Made by a program: the position numbers and the translations under genes. The notes below the pieces were generated by a model that did not search any database, was not told where the DNA came from, and saw only the letters and a program-made list of their open reading frames with translations. 37,385 bases of DNA, taken from a virus. Taxonomy: Duplodnaviria > Caudoviricetes. Location of the stretch: IMG/VR virus record IMGVR_UViG_3300046779_001034, positions 1 to 37,385 of that record; one strand, given 5' to 3'. This document shows, piece by piece, positions 1 through 7,498 of this stretch. The number at the start of each line of letters is the position of its first letter. The stretch's first letter is position 1.

Positions 1-182
1 AGTCACCGTAGTGGTCAATCTCATACTGCAAAGCACGTTCAAGGATGGTTGCCGCAGTGCGTGAAACTGGGTCTTTGTCCTTCCAGCGGCGCTCTACTTG
101 GGCACGAGGGGTGCGACCATACAGCGCGGGTAGAACGGTCTGTATATTGCTCCATAACACGTTATATCGTTTAGAGCCATTC
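1..182. repeat. Terminal direct repeat, left copy (circular overlap)
   Basis: 1-182 matches 37204-37385 except G128 vs T37331; it lies inside the portal ORF. Confidence 0.97.
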
Positions 183-310
183 TGCGAGGCGGTACGGTCA
201 TCACGGTAACGCTTCACAATCTTCTTGGAGCGTGTAACCCAAGTGGCATCTTCCTTCTTGGCAAGTTTCAGCTCTTGCGACCACTTTTGCACTTCGGCAA
301 TAGGATTCAT
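1..310 (-). CDS. Portal protein, 5' part (continues across the circular join; full length about 747 aa)
   Basis: ATG at 310 reads MNPIAEVQKWSQELKLAKKEDATWVTRSKKIVKRYRDD...RYNVLWSNIQTVLPALY, in frame with the 35270-37363 ORF through the repeat. Confidence 0.9.
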   Translation of the reverse strand, partial: MNPIAEVQKWSQELKLAKKEDATWVTRSKKIVKRYRDDRTASQNGSKRYNVLWSNIQTVLPALYGRTPRAQVERRWKDKDPVSRTAATILERALQYEIDHYGD

Positions 311-318
311 CTCTTTTT

Positions 319-534
319 TCATTGCCATTCCTTTGATACTTGCTCTAAACGCATTGTTCGGTCATCAAATCGCACCTTCTTAATACAAGACTTGATTGAT
401 TCAATAAAATCAGCACTCAAAGGTTTGCCAGCGTCAATCTCTTTGATAGCTTTGGCAAACACTCGGCTTGGTCTTGTACGCTGATTTAGGTTGCTCACAG
501 CTTGAGCATGGAGAAGCAAATCAATAGTAATCAT
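319..534 (-). CDS. Hypothetical protein (71 aa)
   Basis: ATGA overlap with the terL stop; fills the gap to the portal start. Confidence 0.65.
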   Translation of the reverse strand: MITIDLLLHAQAVSNLNQRTRPSRVFAKAIKEIDAGKPLSADFIESIKSCIKKVRFDDRTMRLEQVSKEWQ

Positions 535-1883
535 ATACGTTCGACCCTTTTATTAGTCTCAGCCCACAATGTATCGAGGCTTTCAGTGCGAATTTTACCA
601 TTTTCTCCACTTTTTATGGAAAAAATCGGCGTTTTGTCCTGAATTTTCTCTTTATGGTCTTGCATAACTTGGCAACCATAAGCAAACGCATCGCTTGGAT
701 GTGATGCCCAGTTATGGTTAGGCTCACGGCTAAACACCCCGTTTTCCTCAGAATAGACAAACTCCCACGCGCGCAGACCATCGAGGCCAATCTCGCATTT
801 GAACTTGTTAAACGCACATTTATCAATCACCTCACGAGCCGCGCTAATCTGGTCTAGCTTCTTAGACTGAGGCACTAATCCAACATGAGTAGCCCCAAAT
901 GCACTGATGAACCGCTCCATTGTCGTATGACGCGACTGAAACGTCTTAGCCCTTGAATCGTGCGGTAGCCATACCTTGCCAACAGTCTTAGCGCCTAGCT
1001 CACGGATATGCTCTTGTATGCGAGGAATCCACTCATCAGCGTCTAGCCCTGAATCACCGTCATAGCCAAGCACGTTAAAGCCGCCTTGTACCCGTTGCCA
1101 GTACCAGAACGATGCCGTATCTCTAAAGCCTAAGTCAGCCGATACCTCAATTTGATGCCCATCAGGGTCATACACTATCTCATCAGTGATTCGACCGTCT
1201 CTTTCAGCCTTACCAACCCACTTAGCCAAGATAGCGCCTTGACTTGAGCCATAAGCGCCATTCCAAACGTGTTCGGCTTTATCTGGGTCTGTTTCAAAAT
1301 CTTTGAGCATATCCGCATAAAGCGGCGTGTCTTTAAACCAAGGGTTTGAATCCCAGTTAATCATTACGCAAATTGCATCATCACGCGGATTTGAGCGAAA
1401 AAACTTGTCTACTGCATCTGTTTTATAACGTGGATTCCAACTAAACCACAGCTCAGAGCCTTGTTTACGGATTGTGGGTCGTAGCAGGTCTAATGAGTGC
1501 TGACTAAGTGTTTGAGCCTCTTCTACCCACGCAATATCGAAGCCTTCAAGCGATTTGATGTTAGCCGCGTTGAATGACTGCAAGCCTTTAAAAATAATTT
1601 GACTGTCGTTTGGGCCGCGAATTTCTTGCTCTAAGATCGTAAATTGCTTATCAAGACCAAACTTGATGATCTTGTCAGATAAAAGCTGCTTAACTGATTC
1701 CTTGATGGAATTCTGTACTTCACGAAGGCAAACAATTCGTTTTCCAGCTAAAGCCGCGCAAATGACCTGCTCTGCGTAGAAATGTGACTTTGCACCCCCG
1801 CGCCCTCCCATAATTCCTTTGTACCTCTTAGGGTAAAGGACGGGCAGCAATTTCTCAGGTACTTCAATCTTTAGCGTTGTCAA
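531..1883 (-). CDS. terL: Terminase large subunit (PBSX/Terminase_3 type)
   Basis: Walker A-like GGRGGAKS, REVQNSIKES, Walker B WVEEAQ, SWNP, nuclease-domain DLG and HPSDAF; probable TTG start at 1883 with AAGGA upstream. Confidence 0.93.
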   Translation of the reverse strand: MTTLKIEVPEKLLPVLYPKRYKGIMGGRGGAKSHFYAEQVICAALAGKRIVCLREVQNSIKESVKQLLSDKIIKFGLDKQFTILEQEIRGPNDSQIIFKGLQSFNAANIKSLEGFDIAWVEEAQTLSQHSLDLLRPTIRKQGSELWFSWNPRYKTDAVDKFFRSNPRDDAICVMINWDSNPWFKDTPLYADMLKDFETDPDKAEHVWNGAYGSSQGAILAKWVGKAERDGRITDEIVYDPDGHQIEVSADLGFRDTASFWYWQRVQGGFNVLGYDGDSGLDADEWIPRIQEHIRELGAKTVGKVWLPHDSRAKTFQSRHTTMERFISAFGATHVGLVPQSKKLDQISAAREVIDKCAFNKFKCEIGLDGLRAWEFVYSEENGVFSREPNHNWASHPSDAFAYGCQVMQDHKEKIQDKTPIFSIKSGENGKIRTESLDTLWAETNKRVERI

Positions 1884-2538
1884 TGCGGTAATCCTTGTCA
1901 GTAATAGGCTCCAAACCGTTAGCAATGCGATACGTCAAAGTGCCATGCGCTTTACCTAACTGTCTTGCCCATTGTGTAAGGCTCTTTGTTTCACCATTGT
2001 GGGTAATGCGAACAGTTGCCTGCTTGTTATTGGCTTGCTCGTCACCATCAGCCCATTTGCAGTTTAATGGCTCATAGTTGCCATTTACATCAATTCGCTC
2101 AATGGTCAAACCTTCTGGCCTTGCGCCCATCTCTGCAAAAAACACAGAAAAATCATCCCATTCTTTACAGACAGATACCCCCCTGCCGCCATAGTTACCA
2201 AAGTCTTTGTTCTTTGGGTTATTACAGCGCGAACGCATATCCTTCCATGTCCTGTACGTCTTTGGATGACTTTTGGCCAATCCATGCGTTGTGTTGCGCT
2301 CTATCAATGATTCACGAGCCAAGCACCCACACGAACCAGTATGGCCAGAAACAACCAGCTTAATTGACGCAATATGCTGATTCCCACATGAACACATGAA
2401 TAGCCACTTGGCAGGCTTATCCGCATAGCGCTCATGCAACGACAAAGCCGTTAAACGATTAAACACCATACCAGCGTAATCCTTCAACGGCCTGTTTCTT
2501 TGCTTACCTTCAGCTTTTGGGGTGTTTAGATATTTCAT
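1864..2538 (-). CDS. Free-standing HNH-type putative homing endonuclease
   Basis: CSCG..SCGC, W..M..RC, YGGRGVSVC..W, TIERIDVNGNYEPLNCKWA..EQANN motifs; sits between terS and terL. Confidence 0.8.
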   Translation of the reverse strand: MKYLNTPKAEGKQRNRPLKDYAGMVFNRLTALSLHERYADKPAKWLFMCSCGNQHIASIKLVVSGHTGSCGCLARESLIERNTTHGLAKSHPKTYRTWKDMRSRCNNPKNKDFGNYGGRGVSVCKEWDDFSVFFAEMGARPEGLTIERIDVNGNYEPLNCKWADGDEQANNKQATVRITHNGETKSLTQWARQLGKAHGTLTYRIANGLEPITDKDYRIDNAKD

Positions 2539-2544
2539 GCGCTA

Positions 2545-2573
2545 ATTATACCGCATAAGCATCTACACTTCAA
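2545..2573 (-). promoter_or_regulatory. Sigma70-like promoter for the HNH gene, probably leaderless
   Basis: TTGAAG-N17-TATAAT, then 6 nt to the ATG at 2538; no Shine-Dalgarno sequence. Confidence 0.65.
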
Positions 2574-2908
2574 TCCTTAGGCTTGACAATGACGTACTCC
2601 AGTTTGCTTACTGTCTGCAATGGATTATCAACATCGCCAACAACCTCTTGACGCGCCAACTTTGGAATGTGGTACTCAATTACCTTCATGTAAAGGTCAG
2701 CAGCTTTAGCAGGGTCAGGCTTGACTAAATCACCATCGCCGTTAGCAATCGTTTCTAGCCATTCTTCTAGCTTATGCACATTACCCTCTGCAAATCTAGC
2801 AATGGCCTCTTTAACGTCCCTTGTAGCCTTATTTGGAATGCCTTTAGGACGACCAGCACCGTTATTTGGTGCTTTCCTATTGGCTCCTAATTTATTTTGC
2901 TCACTCAT
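2570..2908 (-). CDS. terS: Terminase small subunit
   Basis: GRPKGIPNKATRDVKEAI N-terminal motif; upstream of terL; GGAG RBS; TATAAT near 2946-2951. Confidence 0.75.
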   Translation of the reverse strand: MSEQNKLGANRKAPNNGAGRPKGIPNKATRDVKEAIARFAEGNVHKLEEWLETIANGDGDLVKPDPAKAADLYMKVIEYHIPKLARQEVVGDVDNPLQTVSKLEYVIVKPKD

Positions 2909-2959
2909 GTCACTCCTTTAGGGTTTTCCTAATCTAAGTGATTGAATTATAACGGTTTT

Positions 2960-3151
2960 TTATTGAACCGCTACCTCACTAGACTTCAATCCGCAATGTT
3001 GAGCTACTTGAGCCTTCATTATGCGGATAGCTTCATCCTTGTTATGGTTAATTACCTTGCATGGCAATACGCCTATTTTTGTCGTTGCTTCCCATAGTGA
3101 TGTACCACTGGGTAGCTTTACTTCGTTTGTTTGTATTGGTGTGTAGTTCAT
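2960..3151 (-). CDS. Hypothetical protein
   Basis: ATG at 3151 overlaps the upstream stop (ATGA). Confidence 0.6.
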   Translation of the reverse strand: MNYTPIQTNEVKLPSGTSLWEATTKIGVLPCKVINHNKDEAIRIMKAQVAQHCGLKSSEVAVQ

Positions 3152-3504
3152 CTTTGCTCCCAACATTCATTTCCCATCCAATCATCAGGGTGGAATTTAA
3201 TCTGTTCGCCTTTAATCTTGCATATCCCTTGCAAAAATCCTGCTGTGCATTTTTTATGCTGGATTCTCTCTAGGTTCTTGCAGGTGTTGCAATTAGCGTC
3301 CATTTCGTCAAACCAAATCTTGCTTTGCTTTCGTGCGGGTGGGCCGTACTCTGGATGGCAAACAAATGTCCCACTTACTGCTGGAATCAATGCGCCCAAA
3401 AAGATAGCTTTATCTATGCTTACTAGCTTCTTTGAGTATTGGCATTGATAGACCTCGTTTCCAAGGTCATCTGTTGCTACTGGTTTGTTTAGGACTTTTC
3501 GCAT
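3148..3504 (-). CDS. Cys-rich hypothetical protein
   Basis: CQYS, CHP, NCNTCKNL, C..G.C motifs; in the operon chain. Confidence 0.65.
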   Translation of the reverse strand: MRKVLNKPVATDDLGNEVYQCQYSKKLVSIDKAIFLGALIPAVSGTFVCHPEYGPPARKQSKIWFDEMDANCNTCKNLERIQHKKCTAGFLQGICKIKGEQIKFHPDDWMGNECWEQR

Positions 3505-3875
3505 TGTGCGTCTTTGCGGTATACCAGCCCAAAGTGCATACGGCTAGGCACATTCAGGAATTCATACGCACCTGGTCGGTTCCCTAGCTGTCGAAGCTCT
3601 GCTCCGTTGTATGTTTCTGTCATGGTTAAGCCGCATATCCGCTTTGTCGCCTTTTCAACTTCTTTGGCCTCGATAGCCTTGCGCCCGTCATTGGTCAAGC
3701 TCCAAGCATCGCCAATCTTGACGCATAAACCTAGTGCCTGGGCTTCGTTAAGGTTTCTTATTGAGTGCAAAGCGTGGGCGGTTTGTTCAATCTGGCCTGT
3801 GGTGATTTCAAGCTCTGTGCGTGGGCCGTTGCTCAAACGCTTCAATATTGCTTTGTGGTTTTGTTTTAGTTTCAT
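3489..3875 (-). CDS. Putative winged-helix DNA-binding protein
   Basis: ILKRLSNGPRTELEI...LNEAQALGLC...WSLTNDGRKA pattern. Confidence 0.55.
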   Translation of the reverse strand: MKLKQNHKAILKRLSNGPRTELEITTGQIEQTAHALHSIRNLNEAQALGLCVKIGDAWSLTNDGRKAIEAKEVEKATKRICGLTMTETYNGAELRQLGNRPGAYEFLNVPSRMHFGLVYRKDAQCEKS

Positions 3876-4315
3876 GTTTCTATTCCTAAAATTGCCATTT
3901 GTTTATGACGCTCTTTGTGGTGAATTTGGCAATACCAAACTACATCAAGCGGCCTATCATAAGATTCATGGTGAGCCATTGATTTCTCAGAACCACAAAC
4001 AATGCAGTTCATTTTTACAATTTCTCCTTTTTTTAAGGCTCTTGCAACTGCATTATGTGAATTTGAACGTCTTTTGTCTTCTTTTCTCCATTTACGATTA
4101 GTTTCTAAAGCAAGTTTTATCCTATGTGGATTTTTTGATCTATCTCTATCGTACTGTCTGATTTTTTCTAAATTTTCAAGACGATGTTTGTTTACGTCTT
4201 TTTTTGTACATTCTTTGCATTTTCCTAAGTGTCCGTCACCCATCGCACTGTGCTTGTAAAACTCAGTTAATGGTTTGACGGTTTTACACTTGAAACATTC
4301 TTTAAGTTGGCACAT
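3872..4315 (-). CDS. Zn-finger/HNH-like endonuclease
   Basis: CFKC..CKEC at the N-terminus; CIVCG..AHHESY..WYCQIHH at the C-terminus; own TATAAT near 4338 and AGGAG RBS. Confidence 0.65.
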   Translation of the reverse strand: MCQLKECFKCKTVKPLTEFYKHSAMGDGHLGKCKECTKKDVNKHRLENLEKIRQYDRDRSKNPHRIKLALETNRKWRKEDKRRSNSHNAVARALKKGEIVKMNCIVCGSEKSMAHHESYDRPLDVVWYCQIHHKERHKQMAILGIET

Positions 4316-4353
4316 AGAAGCTCCTTTTGAGGCTTCATTATACCCGTTTTAAA

Positions 4354-4728
4354 TCAGAATGGGATAGGGCTGTCATCATCAAATTCTTTTGGCGCTGGTT
4401 TTGTTTGTTTTTGCTCTTGGGCAGGCTCTCGTTTTGACCCCTGTAAACAAACGTCGTTTACTCGCACATCCTGAGCAATTTTCTTTTGACCTGTCTTGTC
4501 TGTGTACTCTCGTTGCGTCACTTGGCCTGTAATGGTCACGCTTGCACCTTTGACTAGATACTGTTGCAGTGATGTAGCGCGGCGACCCCATAACTGACAA
4601 TTCCACCAGATTGAAGGCTTATCACGGCCTTGACTGTCTGCCACTGAGAAGCTCAATACTTGTTCTTGGCCTACTTGCTTCAGCTCTGCATCTTTACCTA
4701 ACTGTCCTGCTACGGTAATGTTATTCAT
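4354..4728 (-). CDS. ssb: Single-stranded DNA-binding protein
   Basis: MNNITVAGQLGKDAE OB fold, KGASVTITG, acidic DDDSPIPF tail; start at 4728 with AAGGA RBS. Confidence 0.93.
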   Translation of the reverse strand: MNNITVAGQLGKDAELKQVGQEQVLSFSVADSQGRDKPSIWWNCQLWGRRATSLQQYLVKGASVTITGQVTQREYTDKTGQKKIAQDVRVNDVCLQGSKREPAQEQKQTKPAPKEFDDDSPIPF

Positions 4729-5041
4729 GTTTACTTTCCTTAGTTTCAATTTGCACGATTGCCCTTTTGCAGTACAGCGCAGCATCAAGAAGTTCAAGAT
4801 ACTGGTGTTCTAGCCATTCTTTTAACACTAGCGGATTGTCTGCCAAAGTTGTGTTGTATTTTGCAAGTCCTAGCTTTTGGCGCTCTGCAATGTCAGCGCA
4901 TACCATTGCTTCTATTCCTGTTGGCTTTGTTCTTTTAATTAATTCCCAATTTATGTAAATGCCTGTTTGTTGCCTTGAATTTTGACAAGGTGGGCATTTT
5001 TCTAAATCAGGTAAATTTTCACAAGTTAAGCAGTTTTTCAT
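4721..5041 (-). CDS. Hypothetical protein, possible all-alpha NTP-pyrophosphohydrolase-like domain
   Basis: RQKLGLAKYNTTL..WLEHQYLELLDAALY helical motif; CxxC pair at the N-terminus. Confidence 0.5.
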   Translation of the reverse strand: MKNCLTCENLPDLEKCPPCQNSRQQTGIYINWELIKRTKPTGIEAMVCADIAERQKLGLAKYNTTLADNPLVLKEWLEHQYLELLDAALYCKRAIVQIETKESKHE

Positions 5042-5463
5042 TGCAACACCACCCATTTAGTTAAACCTTGCGTCACATATCCCATCGCTTTAAGGCGCTC
5101 ATCTCTGTCTTGGCTATCTGTCATCATCTCTGCGTCTTTAGGCGCTTCTACCCCCTCTAAAACGCATTTATAGATAGCTGCTGGTCTACCGCTTCGGCTA
5201 TGCACCCATGAATGAATGTAAACACGCTTGTTTCTGAACATTGACTTACGAGCAACATCAGGGTTTATACCAATAGCGCGAGCAACCTTATACGAAGTTA
5301 AACCCTCTGGTGATTTTTCAAGCAAATTGCAAATTGCGCGTTGTAACCAGTATTTGTCGGATTTGTCCACGAGATCGCCTGTCTGAAACAATGCTTGCGT
5401 GATTTCCATAAAACTTATGTCTAAGCCTTCGCGTACTTTGTCTAGTGTTTGGTGTGCGTTCAT
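5038..5463 (-). CDS. Putative HTH DNA-binding protein
   Basis: GLTSYKVARAIGINPDVARKSM HTH-like segment. Confidence 0.5.
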   Translation of the reverse strand: MNAHQTLDKVREGLDISFMEITQALFQTGDLVDKSDKYWLQRAICNLLEKSPEGLTSYKVARAIGINPDVARKSMFRNKRVYIHSWVHSRSGRPAAIYKCVLEGVEAPKDAEMMTDSQDRDERLKAMGYVTQGLTKWVVLQ

Positions 5464-5735
5464 TGCTTGGCCTTTTCTAGTGCCACATCCAAGAAATCAA
5501 AAAGAGTTTCTGGTTGGTGCATCATCCAAATCGTGTCGGAAATTGGCCCATTTGGAGAGTCGTTTGCCATTTGTAGGGCATGACGCGCTTCAATAAGAGT
5601 TGCAACCAACTCAGCATTGATAGCTGCCAAGCGGCGTAGTTCTGCGGCTACTTCTTTGTGAAGGCCATCAGAATCAAATGGAAAAAATCTTCCTAACTTG
5701 TCTGCCATGTGTTCTATACGTTCTACTTCGTTCAT
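5460..5735 (-). CDS. Hypothetical protein
   Basis: 91-aa ORF with GGGGA RBS, coupled to the next gene. Confidence 0.65.
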   Translation of the reverse strand: MNEVERIEHMADKLGRFFPFDSDGLHKEVAAELRRLAAINAELVATLIEARHALQMANDSPNGPISDTIWMMHQPETLFDFLDVALEKAKQ

Positions 5736-5846
5736 TTCATTCCCCTTGTTGAGCCTCTATCTTAAAAGCTGTTTCTTTCTTGAATCTTACTTTTACTTAA
5801 AAAGATTGTGATTTAGCCTCTTTTTTACTTTCATTTTCTTTTTCTC

Positions 5847-6198
5847 CATAGGTCGAGCCACCACCAGATGACCCTTCTTTCTCAGTAGAGTGTCTGATAG
5901 TTCTCCATTGTTCAATCTATGACCAAACAACCAAGTGGGGTTCAAGAAACAAAAATACGTTCTTTTCAGCCCTATGCTCTTTCCATCCGAGTGGTGCTTT
6001 ATCGGTACACCTTGCATCCTCATGCTTACCGCTTACGTCCTACGTGCTTGACTCGGTTTCCTTGCCACCTCGCATAACTTGTGGCATCCCTGCGGCTCGA
6101 TTAATACAGGGCCAATTACGATTTGTTGGTACGGTGTTTTCTGACTTGACAGCCCATGTTCAGGCCCAGTTACGTTACGCGAGTCAATCGGTAACCAT
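5847..6198 (-). ncRNA. Candidate large structured ncRNA (two multibranch domains)
   Basis: Nested inverted repeats 6022-6031/6189-6198, 6048-6055/6180-6187 and 5847-5852/5971-5976; hairpin at 5908-5930; no convincing ORF. Confidence 0.45.
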
Positions 6199-6206
6199 AG
6201 AAATAA

Positions 6207-6326
6207 ACTGTTTTGTGGTGGTGGCTGGTACTGATCTCCAGCATTGACTCTTGTCGATTTAAGAGGCTCGTTCGTCATTAACGCTCATTAATGCATCAGT
6301 CTGCACATTCACCACCACAAAACAGT
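6207..6326 (-). ncRNA. Candidate structured RNA with kissing loops
   Basis: Perfect 17-bp inverted repeat 6207-6223/6310-6326; internal loop regions ACUGAU and AUCAGU are complementary. Confidence 0.55.
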
Positions 6327-6335
6327 CTGACAAAC

Positions 6336-6447
6336 AAAAAGCCGTTTACAACTGCATTTCGGTAGCAACCTTTCCTAAGTAGTTTCCACTGAAACTTAGA
6401 AAAGGCGAAACGCATGTGTAAACGGCCTATCTATCGTCACTTGCTAC
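6336..6447 (-). ncRNA. C4-antisense-like RNA or attenuator hairpin
   Basis: 10-bp closing stem 6341-6350/6417-6426 followed by a U5 tract; inner stem 6369-6380/6394-6405; bulge UUGCUAC is complementary to leader GUAGCAA (6441-6447). Confidence 0.55.
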
Positions 6448-6460
6448 GGTAACATTTTGG

Positions 6461-6488
6461 ATTATAGCCATAAAAAACAATCGTGCAA
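6461..6488 (-). promoter_or_regulatory. Sigma70-like promoter upstream of the structured-RNA region
   Basis: TTGCAC-N16-TATAAT. Confidence 0.7.
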
Positions 6489-6524
6489 CAAAAAACCAAA
6501 CTTTTTACGGTTGGGCTGTTGTTT

Positions 6525-6809
6525 TTATGATGTTTTTAACGGCGGCTTCCAAAGCTCACCACCATTAAATGAATACCCTAACGCTTGTAACGTTTTAATT
6601 GCGGCCTCTTTTTCAATGTTATCTTTTACTTCATGTTCATACATTTTTTCTAAAGTATGACATTTTTGCAACAAAACTTCATTCAGATCAATTTGCAATT
6701 GTAAAAATTCATTTAATTCATCTAATGCTTGTGATTGTGGAAATTTTTGTTTTACATCTGCTTTCAATACAACAAAACATTCTAAAATTTTATGTGGAAT
6801 TTTATTCAT
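6525..6809 (-). CDS. Hypothetical protein (AT-rich)
   Basis: 94-aa ORF with ATGA coupling. Confidence 0.65.
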   Translation of the reverse strand: MNKIPHKILECFVVLKADVKQKFPQSQALDELNEFLQLQIDLNEVLLQKCHTLEKMYEHEVKDNIEKEAAIKTLQALGYSFNGGELWKPPLKTS

Positions 6810-7006
6810 TTTTCAAAATCTTCCAAATTTAATTTGTTATTGTTTGCAACATATTGCAAAGCCGCTTGAAAAGTTACCCAATGCCTATTTGCAGCATCTG
6901 AAATATATGTTTGCTGTTGCGCTTGATGCCGTTGCAAATCATTTCTAGAGCGTTTTCCGCGCGTTTTAATCCAATGATGTTCAAATGCTATGCGAGCTGG
7001 TTTCAT
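6806..7006 (-). CDS. Hypothetical protein
   Basis: Probable start MKPARIAF at 7006 with AAGGA RBS. Confidence 0.6.
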   Translation of the reverse strand: MKPARIAFEHHWIKTRGKRSRNDLQRHQAQQQTYISDAANRHWVTFQAALQYVANNNKLNLEDFEK

Positions 7007-7133
7007 TTTTTTCCTTTTCTTTTTTATAAATTTCAATGTGAATATTATTTATGCACCATAAAAATCCATCAGAATCACCACCATTTTCAAGCCACAGTTC
7101 TGCAACTGCTTCAATTAATTGTTTGTCGTTCAT
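6981..7133 (-). CDS. Small hypothetical protein (50 aa, not in the ORF track)
   Basis: MNDKQLIEAVAELWLENGGDSDGFLWC...; ATGA overlap with the upstream stop. Confidence 0.6.
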   Translation of the reverse strand: MNDKQLIEAVAELWLENGGDSDGFLWCINNIHIEIYKKEKEKNETSSHSI

Positions 7134-7498
7134 AAAGCCACCCCTTTTTTCAATCGTTCAAGCATCTCACGCACGTTTTGCGGTATAGGAGCCGCTTTCT
7201 TTGCATCTTCATCCATCTTCTTTAGCGCAGGGTCTACAAAGGCCACGTTTACGTTTACCGTTACCTCTGGTATCTCTGCGCCATCCCAACGCATTTGGTT
7301 TATGTAAACAAGAGGCGCAGGAATAAAAGCACCGTTGTCTTTTTTCCAATCGTTTGTTGTAGTCATCCAAGCCGTATGAGCGATTATTTGCTCTGCTTGG
7401 GTGTCTAGCTTCATCTTTTGCCACTTAGCCTTTACGAGCGATTTAGCGCCCTTGCGTGGGCTTTTAGGCCATGTCTGCCACCATGTATCAAAGTTCAT
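7130..7498 (-). CDS. Replication initiator/replisome organizer, C-terminal domain only
   Basis: FDTWWQTWPK..RKGAK..W..FIPAPLVYINQMRWD resembles the F..FW..YP.K / FIP.P.TWLN..RW motif of phage initiators. Confidence 0.65.
   Translation of the reverse strand: MNFDTWWQTWPKSPRKGAKSLVKAKWQKMKLDTQAEQIIAHTAWMTTTNDWKKDNGAFIPAPLVYINQMRWDGAEIPEVTVNVNVAFVDPALKKMDEDAKKAAPIPQNVREMLERLKKGVAL

Noticed and set aside
1864-2570. Group I intron or intein in the terminase
   Set aside because: terL is intact downstream with its own RBS and start, and the roughly 30-nt flanks leave no room for a ribozyme core.
5793-6278. ORFs 5793-6023 (-), 6033-6278 (-) and 6044-6247 (+)
   Set aside because: No clear RBS or recognisable protein features, and they overlap dense inverted repeats. 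Treated as probably non-coding, though not excluded.
6207-6326. Possible tRNA or hammerhead ribozyme
   Set aside because: No TTC T-loop or canonical D and anticodon arms; CUGAUG is not followed by the A and GAAA hammerhead core.
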